A stretch of DNA of 64,000 nucleotides, taken from Bacteroides sp. (GTDB lineage Bacteria > Bacteroidota > Bacteroidia > Bacteroidales > Bacteroidaceae). Below the pieces are notes generated by a model. The model did not search any database. It was not told the DNA's origin and saw only the letters and a list, made by a program, of their open reading frames with translations. Position numbers and translations under genes: made by a program. The stretch covers positions 9,018-73,017 of the forward strand of contig NZ_DXVR01000001.1 in NCBI RefSeq assembly GCF_019417265.1. The letters run 5' to 3'. This document shows, in pieces, positions 33,301 through 41,888 of the stretch (within the stretch, counting starts at the first letter, position 1; each line of letters starts with the position of its first letter).

Positions 33301-33667
33301 TAATAGTATTACGCTTCTGTGTACCCATACCTACCACAACAACTTCTTCCAAAACCTCGCTATCTTCTTTCAAGACGAGATTATTACCAGTAAGTTTACT
33401 GATTTTTACTTCAAGAGTACCATAGCCCACATAACTAACTACCAAGGTGGTTCCAACCTTTCCTTGTAAAGAGAAGTTACCGTCCATATCTGTAATGGTA
33501 CCATCATTAGTTCCTTTAACCATGACAGTAGCACCAATTACGGTCATACCGGTTTCATCGACCACCGTTCCGGTAATAGTTCCGGACTGGGCAAACACTT
33601 TTGCAGGGAGCAGCATGCACATTATTAATAGCATGCATAGAAAACTGTACGTTTTGTGTTTTTGCAT
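30335..33667 (-). CDS. susC: SusC/RagA family TonB-dependent transporter
   Basis: GTITDMDGNF, EEVVVVG, IESISVLKDASAAAVYGARAAYGVVLVTTK, RYDGSSRF, C-terminal F. Confidence 0.96.
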   Translation of the reverse strand: MQKHKTYSFLCMLLIMCMLLPAKVFAQSGTITGTVVDETGMTVIGATVMVKGTNDGTITDMDGNFSLQGKVGTTLVVSYVGYGTLEVKISKLTGNNLVLKEDSEVLEEVVVVGMGTQKRNTITAAVATVNQDAIVNRPVTDLTSALQGNVAGLNFASDAAADGVGGEMGAEIKFNIRGIGSINGGEPYVLVDGVEQSMQNVNPADIESISVLKDASAAAVYGARAAYGVVLVTTKSGKSGKARVTYRGTVGYSSPINVPASMNSLEFANYVNEMRTNTGQTALFSAQAIERLKGFMNNPYSAEFPGIDANQAGDGWASTYYSQYANTDWFDYYFKDKALRHSHNLNISGGSDKITYYIGLGYTYQDGLMDHVEDNISKYSVNTKLQFNANDWLKFNFNNNLSLNMIKRPMANQTIFYGTIADRYPTQVTKLPVENYNTPEWNEMLYMQNTKYNQNRISDAMSMSATITPLKGWDIIGEMKIRMDVENNDFVMGFPKTSLYNGTVKTITGGKQGYQYPGMTWKNSQFGSYTKGNLFNYYLSPSISSSYTNQWGDHFFKAMAGYQMELQENSNGFTYKDGMLSEDIFSFNNANGVLYAGDTRNHWSTMGFFTRLNWNYQNVYFLEFSGRYDGSSRFAPGHRWGFFPSFSGGYDIARTEYFQKLNTPISQLKVRLSYGRLGNQNGAGFYDYLGTMILNSAHQDAWLLPGTSDGSISKGTVALTPKMISPYITWEKVDNANLGVDLTMFDSRLTITADIYQRMTRDMIGPAEAIPSISGIIPEDRAKVNNATLRNRGWELSVNWQDELKCGFRYGIGFNLFDYKAVITEYNNPEGIIYNNHTGLDRNKGYYEGMDIGDIWGYVADDLFMSNQEIDNYLKDTDLSFFKPASQWQPGDVKYVDVNGDGKVNPGNGTLADHGDLRIIGNTTPRYSFGINLNVGYKGFEVSTLLQGVAKRDFPMAGSTYLYGGRNYFKDHLDHFTYTTPNGYLPRLTDATTGGGDTDWLVNTGYNTTRYLMNAAYMRMKNLMVSYTFQKNVAKTLGLENLKVYFTCDNLFTIDNLPDAFDPETINQVNTWAGGSNESAPGLTTPLKQNGNAKVYPMNRNFVFGIDLTF

Positions 33668-33703
33668 AACATTAATATTAAATTAAACTATTTTTTGACA
33701 TCA

Positions 33704-33770
33704 CAAAGTTAGATTTTCGTGTTAAATATATGGTTCAAAAACAGTCAAACTATAGTCCAAAATTAAACAA
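33704..33770 (-). promoter_or_regulatory. susC promoter with candidate HTCS-binding direct repeat
   Basis: -7 element TAACTTTG (minus strand, 33704-33711); upstream imperfect repeat TATGGTTCAAAA / TATAGTCCAAAA at 33729 and 33751 (22-bp period). Confidence 0.5.
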
Positions 33771-33866
33771 TTGAAGATTTCTGGAGTTTTAAAACGTATT
33801 TTTTGAGATTTAATATTATCTTTGTTTTTGTTAATCGAATATTTTAATATGTACCATAAATATAAT

Positions 33867-36800
33867 ATGAGACTTCTGAAACTACTGATAATAGCTTTTA
33901 TACTATTAACTCATAATATAGTTTTAGCGGATAATAATGAAGAGCACTATTACTTCAAACAAATACAATTGTTTGATGACATGACTTCATTCATCAACCA
34001 GATTCACATAAATACAGAAAATGGGATATTATGGATTGCCACACCAGAAGGTTTAGTTAGATTCGATGGGAAACTAAGAAAAAGATACTCACACGTCAAC
34101 AACAATCAAAGTTCAATACCCGGAGAAAACGTCACAAAAATAATAGAGGACAAAAATAATACTATGTGGGTTCTTACATCTGGAGGTATTGCCAAATACT
34201 CAGCAGAATACGATAATTTCACAATTCCCCAAATAGACAATAAAAATATAACAGCTTATTCTGCATGTTTGATAGAAAACGGCATATTGTTCGGGGGGAA
34301 CAATCGGATTTACAAATACAGTTACGATACAAGAAACTTTGAAGAAGTATGCAAATTAGAGACTAAAAGTAATCTAATGTTCAATTCCATTATCAATCTC
34401 GGCAATGGTAAGATTCTGTGTGCCAGCAAATGGTATGGACTCATTATGATTGATCTAAATACAGGGTTACAAGTCAAATCAGACTTCGACAACTTTTCCA
34501 CACACCCGATGGCTTTCATTAAAGACTCAAAAGAAAGGCTATGGTTATCTGACTTCAATCAAGGTCTGAAATGCTTCGACACCAAAGGCAAATTAATACA
34601 TCACTATACCGTAAATAATTCAGAATTAAGCAATAATATAATTCTTGATATAAAAGAAATTAACAACAATATATGGTTAGGTACAGATGGAGGAGGCATA
34701 AATATACTTAATCCAGAAACCGGAGAAATAAAAGTAATGCAACATATCTCAGGCGATGTCCATTCATCACCGGTAAACACTATAACATGCTTATCCGGAA
34801 ACGGATATGGCAATATATGGGCTGGAAGTACCAGAGGAGGACTGATATACATAAAAAAAGTAAAAATGGTACATTATGGTGAAACTGTATTAGGTCACGA
34901 CAAAGCACTTAGCCACAAATCCGTATTGACATTATCATATAATAATGGAAGACTCTTATGGATAGGAACAGACGGTGGAGGAATAAACTCGTTCAATATT
35001 TCCGATGAAACATTCAGGCACTACGAAACTACTTGGGGAGATCAAGTATCATCTATATGTGATATTTCAGACGATAAAATACTTGCATCGGTATTCTCAA
35101 AAGGTATATACTACTTAGATAAATCAAGCGGTAAAAAAACGCCATTAATTATAGAAGATGAGAAACTGAATAATTCATTATTCAATAGCGGAAAATCAGT
35201 ATTGCTTCGTAAATACAAAAACAGCATTCTCCTGTTAAGTAAAGACTTATACAAATATAATATTGATACACAAAAAATCGACACTATACAATACGAAGGA
35301 GGCACACGTAACAATGAAAGCCTTTACTGTTTCTCGGAAGATGACAGAAACCTATATATTAATGACCAACACTCGATATACAAGCTTAAAAAAGATGATG
35401 ACAAATTATACAGAATCTTATCTGTCCCGTTCAAAATAAAATTCCAGTCCGTTGACAGAGACAAAAACGGAACATTCTGGATTGGAACGAATAACGGACT
35501 TCATTCATGGATAGAAGGACAAAAAGAAATGTCACACAAAAACACACCATTGTTCACAAAAGTCAATACTGTAATATGTGACACTTTGGGAAATGTGTGG
35601 GTAGGTGCAGAAAAGAGACTATTCGTATATCAACCTATAAGAGATAAAATTATAATGTTTGACGAGTCTGACGGTGTACTGCCAAACGAATATTCAAGGA
35701 TAGCATGTGCTCATATTTCAGGACACAAGATGTTTATAGGAGGTACAAACGGACTTCTTTATTTAAACACTGATGTTATAAACAAAACACAAATACATGA
35801 ATCCAATCACAATATATATATAACAGACTTCATTATCAATGGAGAGAATAAAAAATATAATATAAAAAACGGTAAAATCAGTATCCCATGGAACAGTAAG
35901 AATATACGTCTTAGAGTAACCGTTAGTGACGGAGACATATTAAGCAACAAACTATATACATATAATATAAACGGTATTATAAGAGAAAGTTTCAACCCTG
36001 AAATGTATGTTCCGGTACTTAACCCGGGAACATACCATATCAAACTTACTTGCGATTTTAAAGACGGGAATTATATCAAGGACTATCCGCTTCTGACTTT
36101 AATTGTATTACCACCATGGTACAAAACCTGGTGGTTCCTGTCATTATGTATAATATTTTCGTTAGCTGTCATAGTAGGTTCTTTCATGTATTTCATCCGT
36201 AAGAAAGAGAACAGAATGAAATGGATAATGAAAGAACACGAGCAAAAGATATATGAAGATAAAGTAAGATTTCTTATCAACATAAGTCACGAGTTGCGAA
36301 CACCGCTGACTCTTATACATGCGCCATTAAACAGAATATTAAAAAGCCTTGAAAAGGATTCCCCGATATACGAATCACTCCTGAAAATATACAAACAGAC
36401 AAACAGGATGAAGGAAATAATAAATATGGTCCTTGACATGAGAAGAATGGAAACAGGCTATAATGCACTTGTTCTAAAAGAACAAGACTTCAATTCATGG
36501 TTGCAGGATGTATGCACTGATTTTAATGATGAATGTTCTATAAAAAATATAACTCTGACTGTAAATACAGATAACGAAATAGGAAAGTTGTCTTTTGACA
36601 AAAACAAATGCACTATTGTAATAACCAATCTGTTATCAAATGCTTTAAAGCATAGTCCGGAAAACACATCAATCACTGTAACTTCCCAACTGAACAAGGA
36701 AAGAAACACAGTTAAAGTAACCGTTTCAGACCAAGGAACAGGAATTAAAGACGAAGAGATAAACAGACTATTTGAAAGATTCTACCAAGGCAAGAACGAA

Positions 36801-37808
36801 AGCGGCGGTAGCGGAATCGGTTTATCCTACGTCAAGGCAATAGTTGAACAACACGGAGGAACAATTGGAGCCTATCAGAACAGTGATAAAGGTGCATCAT
36901 TCTTTTTTGAAATACCAATACTTAGGGGTAATGAAGAAACACTCGCATGTAAACCTAAAGAATACATAAACGAAATCTTAGGCAATGACAATACAGACAA
37001 CATAGTATTCGATAACGGCAACGAAGAAATTGAAGACAAAAAAATTCTGTTTATTGACGACAACAGGCAACTTACAGAATTTATGGCTGAAGAAATGAAA
37101 CATTATTACAAGGAAATAATCACAGCCAACAGCGGTAAAGAGATTCTTGATAAAATCCAGTCCATTAATCCTGACATTATAATAAGTGATGTCATGATGC
37201 CGGACATGAACGGATTTGAGCTATGTAAGGCTGTAAAACAAGATATAACCATCAGCCATATACCGGTAATCCTGCTTACTGCTATGGAAGACGAGCAAAG
37301 CAAAAGCTATGGATATAAGGTAGGCGCAGACGCATACATGTCAAAACCTTTCCGCACAGAAGAGCTTAAATCGGTTATAAACAGTATAATATACAACAGG
37401 AAGAAAGCCAAGGAGCATTATCAAAATTTTGGGATAATGCCGGAACCGACCAACGAAACATTCAGTTTGGCTGACGAAAACTTCCTGAAGAAACTTAATA
37501 AAGTAATATTCGACAATATTGACAATCCGGCTCTTGACATCAACCTGATATGTAGCGAAATGGCCATGAGCAGGACATCACTATATACGAAACTGAAAGT
37601 CCTTACAGATATGGGTGGAAATGAATACATAAACAAACTCAGAATGGAAAAAGCCATCACACTAATATCTTCAGGACAATACAGCGTAAATGAAATAGCA
37701 GCAATGGTAGGTTTCAATACTCCGAGATATTTCAGTACTGCATTCAAGCAATATACCGGACTTACACCTACACAGTTCAAAAGTCAAAACAACGAAGACA
37801 AGGAATAG
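33867..37808 (+). CDS. Hybrid two-component system sensor/regulator (HTCS)
   Basis: Beta-propeller repeats (WIGTDGGGIN), PPWYKTWW before a TM helix, NISHELRTPL, GSGIGL, REC SDVMMP, AraC-type HTH YFSTAFK. Start could be 33849. Confidence 0.95.
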   Translation: MRLLKLLIIAFILLTHNIVLADNNEEHYYFKQIQLFDDMTSFINQIHINTENGILWIATPEGLVRFDGKLRKRYSHVNNNQSSIPGENVTKIIEDKNNTMWVLTSGGIAKYSAEYDNFTIPQIDNKNITAYSACLIENGILFGGNNRIYKYSYDTRNFEEVCKLETKSNLMFNSIINLGNGKILCASKWYGLIMIDLNTGLQVKSDFDNFSTHPMAFIKDSKERLWLSDFNQGLKCFDTKGKLIHHYTVNNSELSNNIILDIKEINNNIWLGTDGGGINILNPETGEIKVMQHISGDVHSSPVNTITCLSGNGYGNIWAGSTRGGLIYIKKVKMVHYGETVLGHDKALSHKSVLTLSYNNGRLLWIGTDGGGINSFNISDETFRHYETTWGDQVSSICDISDDKILASVFSKGIYYLDKSSGKKTPLIIEDEKLNNSLFNSGKSVLLRKYKNSILLLSKDLYKYNIDTQKIDTIQYEGGTRNNESLYCFSEDDRNLYINDQHSIYKLKKDDDKLYRILSVPFKIKFQSVDRDKNGTFWIGTNNGLHSWIEGQKEMSHKNTPLFTKVNTVICDTLGNVWVGAEKRLFVYQPIRDKIIMFDESDGVLPNEYSRIACAHISGHKMFIGGTNGLLYLNTDVINKTQIHESNHNIYITDFIINGENKKYNIKNGKISIPWNSKNIRLRVTVSDGDILSNKLYTYNINGIIRESFNPEMYVPVLNPGTYHIKLTCDFKDGNYIKDYPLLTLIVLPPWYKTWWFLSLCIIFSLAVIVGSFMYFIRKKENRMKWIMKEHEQKIYEDKVRFLINISHELRTPLTLIHAPLNRILKSLEKDSPIYESLLKIYKQTNRMKEIINMVLDMRRMETGYNALVLKEQDFNSWLQDVCTDFNDECSIKNITLTVNTDNEIGKLSFDKNKCTIVITNLLSNALKHSPENTSITVTSQLNKERNTVKVTVSDQGTGIKDEEINRLFERFYQGKNESGGSGIGLSYVKAIVEQHGGTIGAYQNSDKGASFFFEIPILRGNEETLACKPKEYINEILGNDNTDNIVFDNGNEEIEDKKILFIDDNRQLTEFMAEEMKHYYKEIITANSGKEILDKIQSINPDIIISDVMMPDMNGFELCKAVKQDITISHIPVILLTAMEDEQSKSYGYKVGADAYMSKPFRTEELKSVINSIIYNRKKAKEHYQNFGIMPEPTNETFSLADENFLKKLNKVIFDNIDNPALDINLICSEMAMSRTSLYTKLKVLTDMGGNEYINKLRMEKAITLISSGQYSVNEIAAMVGFNTPRYFSTAFKQYTGLTPTQFKSQNNEDKE

Positions 37809-37825
37809 AACAGCGACAAACCGCT

Positions 37826-37902
37826 GTTCACTGACAGTTCATTTCATGTTCATTCCGTATTCACAGAACGTTCGCTGAACACCCGGTGAACACGGAACGA
37901 AC
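37826..37902. repeat. Dyad-symmetric 11-bp-period GTTCA/TGAAC array
   Basis: GTTCA-like at 37826, 37837, 37848, 37859, 37870; TGAAC-like at 37865, 37876, 37887, 37898; GAACGTTC palindrome at 37866-37873. Confidence 0.8.
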
Positions 37903-37987
37903 ATATATTGGAATTCCTAAATAATAAAAAACATTAAAAGAAAGAGAGAAAACTATTCATCTGTTCGTTATTAATAACAAATATTGT

Positions 37988-37995
37988 TATATTTG
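37988..37995 (+). promoter_or_regulatory. -7 promoter element upstream of lipoprotein A
   Basis: TATATTTG matches TAnnTTTG. Confidence 0.5.
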
Positions 37996-38235
37996 CGGAC
38001 GAAAGTTACATCAATCCCCCCAAATAAGGATGTAACCGCCTCAATAAACCTTATAATCTATAGGGCAGTTCTTTATGCCCGTCTATAAAGTATTTTAAAT
38101 CCAACTGTATTTTGAGAAAAGTAATTAGGGATTAATATATCCTTCCTATTTTTTACCGCCAGTTCCATAGACATTGTACATGGTATGCAACTATAATTCC
38201 GAATACATTTTTTTAATTCCATAAAACAAGAAATC

Positions 38236-40263
38236 ATGAATACTTTTTTTAAAAGCACAGTTTATGCTGCCTTTGTCGGCCTAACAATTTTTTCATCATG
38301 CTCTGACGAGATAAAAGACTTTACCGTTAAACCTGACGGAACAGAACAGGGGGACGGAAGTACAACTACCACTGAAACAAAAAATCTTATCATCAATGCA
38401 ACTGCCACAGGAAAGAAATGGGTAGTGGAAGATGTTATTTATGTAGGAAGTCCTTCAGCTGCAGAAAACGAAGTAACAATTGACAATCAGAGTTCTGGTT
38501 TTACCAAATTCACCGTAAGCAAAATAGGTGAAGGTGCGACATCTGCTTCATTCGAGGGTAAAATACCGGCAAATCTTTCAGGAAAGAAACTTTTAGTATT
38601 CTATGGCAATGCAGCAGACATGAAAGTAGCAACTTCGAAGGTCACTTTAGACCTCGCCTCACAAAACGGCACATTGATGAGTGCAACAGCTGACTATACA
38701 GGAGAAGAAAGCATTAATGCAACTTTCAGTGTAGAGAATGCAAGTGCTGAACTTAAAATACAGACAACAGACGTTTCAGGTCTGACAGAAGCCACATTGA
38801 GTTTTGATGAAAGTTCTACAATGGGATTCACCAGTTCGAAAGAATTTACCGCTGAGGGAGTTGGCACATATACTATGCAGAAAAGCATAACCGCGGCTCT
38901 AACTGCTGGAGAAGACGATGAATATACAATCAGTTTTATTCCTACAGTATCAGAAACTCCTGCAACAATGAATATTTCTCTTAAGGCAACTAAAGAGTCA
39001 GGTGATTATACTTATAAAGCAACAAAAGAGATTTCTTCATCGAGCAATTATGATGTAGAAATAAAAGCTGAAAACGCTGATAATAATTTATCAGGTGAAG
39101 GGACAGAAGCAAGTCCTTATATCATTGATAATGTGGATAAGTTCATGGGGATGACTGAAACTACAGATAAATTCTATCAGTTATCAAGAGACTTGGACTT
39201 TACAGATATAACATTTACTCCAATTGCTACATTTGCCGGAACATTTGATGGTAATGGAATGACTATTTCAAATATTACATTTAGTACTACAAATGATAAC
39301 GGAGGTATATTCGCTGAGAATAGCGGTACTATCAAGAATCTAACTGCAAGCAAAGTGATAATAAAACAAGAAGGTTCAGTAGCAAACGATAAAGGAATAG
39401 GTGTATTAGTTGGAACTAATACTAAAAACATATATAACTGTTCTGTAATAAATAATTCATCTATAACTGCTACAGTAACCGCAGGAACAAGCGACAGTCA
39501 AGGAAATGTAGGATTATTAGTGGGATTCAACAAAGGTGTTGGAGCTATCAAAGAATGTAAAGTTAGCGATAGTTCTATAACCATTTCTGAAACAACTACA
39601 AAAAGAACAAATGTTGGAGGTTTTGCAGGAAAAAGTTTAGGATCAGTTAAATTCTCTTCTGCCGATAATATATTAATAGAACATAATTGTGATTTAACAA
39701 ACCAAGGTAGCAATATAGGCGGTTTCTTAGGCTATGGTAACGGAACTATTGAAGGATGCAGTAGTAATGCTCAAATTTCTGACGCCCAAACAATAGGTAC
39801 TGGCAAAGCCATTACTATTGCTGGTTTTATTGGAACAACATGGATAGGACGTGGTACAGTTACAATCAAAGGTTGCTATGCTTCGGGAACAGTAACTTCT
39901 AAGTTGGTAGCAAGTACAAATGCTGGATTTATTGGAAACTGTACGACTTCAAATAATGGAAGTGGTAACGGAACCCAAGTTATAAGTAATTGCTATACCA
40001 GTGTAATTTTGACAGATGCAGATACTAAATTTAATGGCTCAGCATTTATAAAGACAATCCATAAAGTTACAACTACAGAATGTTATTATGTTAATGGTAC
40101 ACAAACCATACCTTCGGGAAAAGAAGAAAATCTATCTATTGTACAAAAGTCAGCAGCAGACCTTAAAGGTATGGCAGCCTCATTCAATTCAACTCTTGAC
40201 TGGTCAGACTACCAATTCGTAGCCGGTACAGATGCAGAACCATTAATAATAACAAAAAAATAA
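38236..40263 (+). CDS. Lipoprotein A: fimbrillin-like N-terminal region plus GLUG/beta-helix-like C-terminal region
   Basis: Lipobox FSSC; GEGTEASPYII, FAGTFDGNG, repeated (N)VGG/IGG-F/L-xG units; paralogue of 41889..43973. Confidence 0.75.
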   Translation: MNTFFKSTVYAAFVGLTIFSSCSDEIKDFTVKPDGTEQGDGSTTTTETKNLIINATATGKKWVVEDVIYVGSPSAAENEVTIDNQSSGFTKFTVSKIGEGATSASFEGKIPANLSGKKLLVFYGNAADMKVATSKVTLDLASQNGTLMSATADYTGEESINATFSVENASAELKIQTTDVSGLTEATLSFDESSTMGFTSSKEFTAEGVGTYTMQKSITAALTAGEDDEYTISFIPTVSETPATMNISLKATKESGDYTYKATKEISSSSNYDVEIKAENADNNLSGEGTEASPYIIDNVDKFMGMTETTDKFYQLSRDLDFTDITFTPIATFAGTFDGNGMTISNITFSTTNDNGGIFAENSGTIKNLTASKVIIKQEGSVANDKGIGVLVGTNTKNIYNCSVINNSSITATVTAGTSDSQGNVGLLVGFNKGVGAIKECKVSDSSITISETTTKRTNVGGFAGKSLGSVKFSSADNILIEHNCDLTNQGSNIGGFLGYGNGTIEGCSSNAQISDAQTIGTGKAITIAGFIGTTWIGRGTVTIKGCYASGTVTSKLVASTNAGFIGNCTTSNNGSGNGTQVISNCYTSVILTDADTKFNGSAFIKTIHKVTTTECYYVNGTQTIPSGKEENLSIVQKSAADLKGMAASFNSTLDWSDYQFVAGTDAEPLIITKK

Positions 40264-40288
40264 TTCATAAACTTTAATACAAAATACG

Positions 40289-40330
40289 GGTAGTGTAAAC
40301 TTATATATTATATTAGCTTACACTACCTTT
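40289..40330 (+). terminator. Stem-loop after lipoprotein A
   Basis: GGTAGTGTAA...TTACACTACC followed by TTT. Confidence 0.6.
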
Positions 40331-40360
40331 ATGCTTTAAACCTTAATAATTTATACACGC

Positions 40361-41671
40361 ATGAAGAAGCTTTTCTACTCCATTATCAGCCTTGCACTAT
40401 TATCAACCACACACGTACAAGCTTCACAACCTGAAAGCTATGTCCCCACTCAGGAGAACCTGAAAGCAAGGCAGGAATTCAGCGACAGCAAGTTCGGCAT
40501 ATTCCTCCATTGGGGTATATACAGTATGTTCGGACAAGGCGAATGGTACTTACAGACAGGAGGATTGGACTGCCATGAATACGCAAAGGCAGCTTCAGGA
40601 TTCTATCCTTCAAGGTTCGATGCTGAAAAATGGATATCAGCATTCAAAGATGCAGGTGCAAAATACATCTGCTTCACGACCAGACATCACGACGGATTCT
40701 CAATGTTTGACACTCAATATTCTGATTATGACATCATTGATGCAACTCCTTTCAAGAGAGATATAGTAAAAGAGCTTGCAGACGAATGCGCACGACAGGA
40801 TATGAAGCTACACCTCTACTACTCTCACTTAGACTGGACAAGGGAAGACTATTACCCTCTTGGTAAAACAGGACATAAGACAGGTAGAAAGTCGCACGGG
40901 AAATGGGACACTTACTATTCTTTCATGAACAATCAGCTGACAGAACTACTTACAAACTATGGTCCTATTGGCGCAATATGGTTCGACGGAATGTGGGACC
41001 AACCAGAGAATTTCGACTGGCGTTTGGAAGAGCAATATGCTCTGATTCACAAGCTCCAACCGGCTTGTCTTATCGGTAACAATCACCATAAGGCTCCTAA
41101 GCCGGGAGAAGATTTCCAGATGTTCGAGCGTGACCTTCCAGGAGAAAATACAGCCGGATTTTCCGCAGACTCAAAAATAGGCAACCTGCCATTGGAAACA
41201 TGCCAGACCATGAACGGAATGTGGGGATATAAGATAAAAGACCAGAACTATAAATCCTCAAAAGAGCTTATCCGACTATTAGTGAAGACTGCAGGTAAAG
41301 GTGCAAACTTGCTTATAAACATCGGCCCACAACCAAACGGAGAAATACCGGAATTGGCACTCGACAGGCTGAAAGGCATGGGCGAATGGCTTAGGAAATA
41401 TGGAGAAACAATATATGGTACAACTGCCGGCGATATTATGACAGAAGAATGGGGTACGACAACACGAAAAGGTGACAAACTGTATGTACACATTATAGCT
41501 GATAAAATGCCACAGTTCGTCACTCTACCACTGAAACAGAAAGTAAAGAAGGCCATACTTTTTGATTCACAAGACAAAGTGAATATGGAGAGAATAAAAG
41601 GCGGTGTAGTACTGCATACTTCAGAACTTAAACCGTCTACAGACTGCATTATAGAATTGACTTTAAACTAA
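40361..41671 (+). CDS. GH29 alpha-L-fucosidase
   Basis: Signal peptide; KFGIFLHWGIYS, TTRHHDGF, IWFDG, ETCQTM, NLLINIGP. Confidence 0.93.
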   Translation: MKKLFYSIISLALLSTTHVQASQPESYVPTQENLKARQEFSDSKFGIFLHWGIYSMFGQGEWYLQTGGLDCHEYAKAASGFYPSRFDAEKWISAFKDAGAKYICFTTRHHDGFSMFDTQYSDYDIIDATPFKRDIVKELADECARQDMKLHLYYSHLDWTREDYYPLGKTGHKTGRKSHGKWDTYYSFMNNQLTELLTNYGPIGAIWFDGMWDQPENFDWRLEEQYALIHKLQPACLIGNNHHKAPKPGEDFQMFERDLPGENTAGFSADSKIGNLPLETCQTMNGMWGYKIKDQNYKSSKELIRLLVKTAGKGANLLINIGPQPNGEIPELALDRLKGMGEWLRKYGETIYGTTAGDIMTEEWGTTTRKGDKLYVHIIADKMPQFVTLPLKQKVKKAILFDSQDKVNMERIKGGVVLHTSELKPSTDCIIELTLN

Positions 41672-41695
41672 TTATAGACCTAAATACCTAAAAAA

Positions 41696-41860
41696 ATGAA
41701 GAAAACAATCAAAGAACAGAAGCCTATGTATGAGGCTCCACAAACTACAGTAATCGATATTGAAATAGAAGGCTGCATCATGACCGGTAGTCAAACAGGA
41801 GGAACTACAAGCGACTACGGAGACAGTAACGGTCCATGGGGTGAACCTTGGGTAGATTAA
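41696..41860 (+). CDS. 54-aa small protein with a YxxP-type N-terminal motif (absent from the ORF track)
   Basis: MKKTIKEQKPMYEAPQTTVIDIEIEGCIMTGSQTGGTTSDYGDSNGPWGEPWVD*; A-rich sequence before the ATG; fills the gap between the GH29 gene and lipoprotein B in the same orientation. Confidence 0.75.
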   Translation: MKKTIKEQKPMYEAPQTTVIDIEIEGCIMTGSQTGGTTSDYGDSNGPWGEPWVD

Positions 41861-41888
41861 TGATTATTACTTAAAAAAGATTTAAACT

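Noticed and set aside
33668..33866. Invertible promoter at susC or at the glycan locus
   Set aside because: No long inverted repeats flanking a promoter and no recombinase gene were found by eye.
38073..38258. 61-aa minus-strand ORF in the lipoprotein A leader
   Set aside because: Overlaps the lipoprotein start in antisense, has no motif, and is expected by chance in AT-rich DNA.
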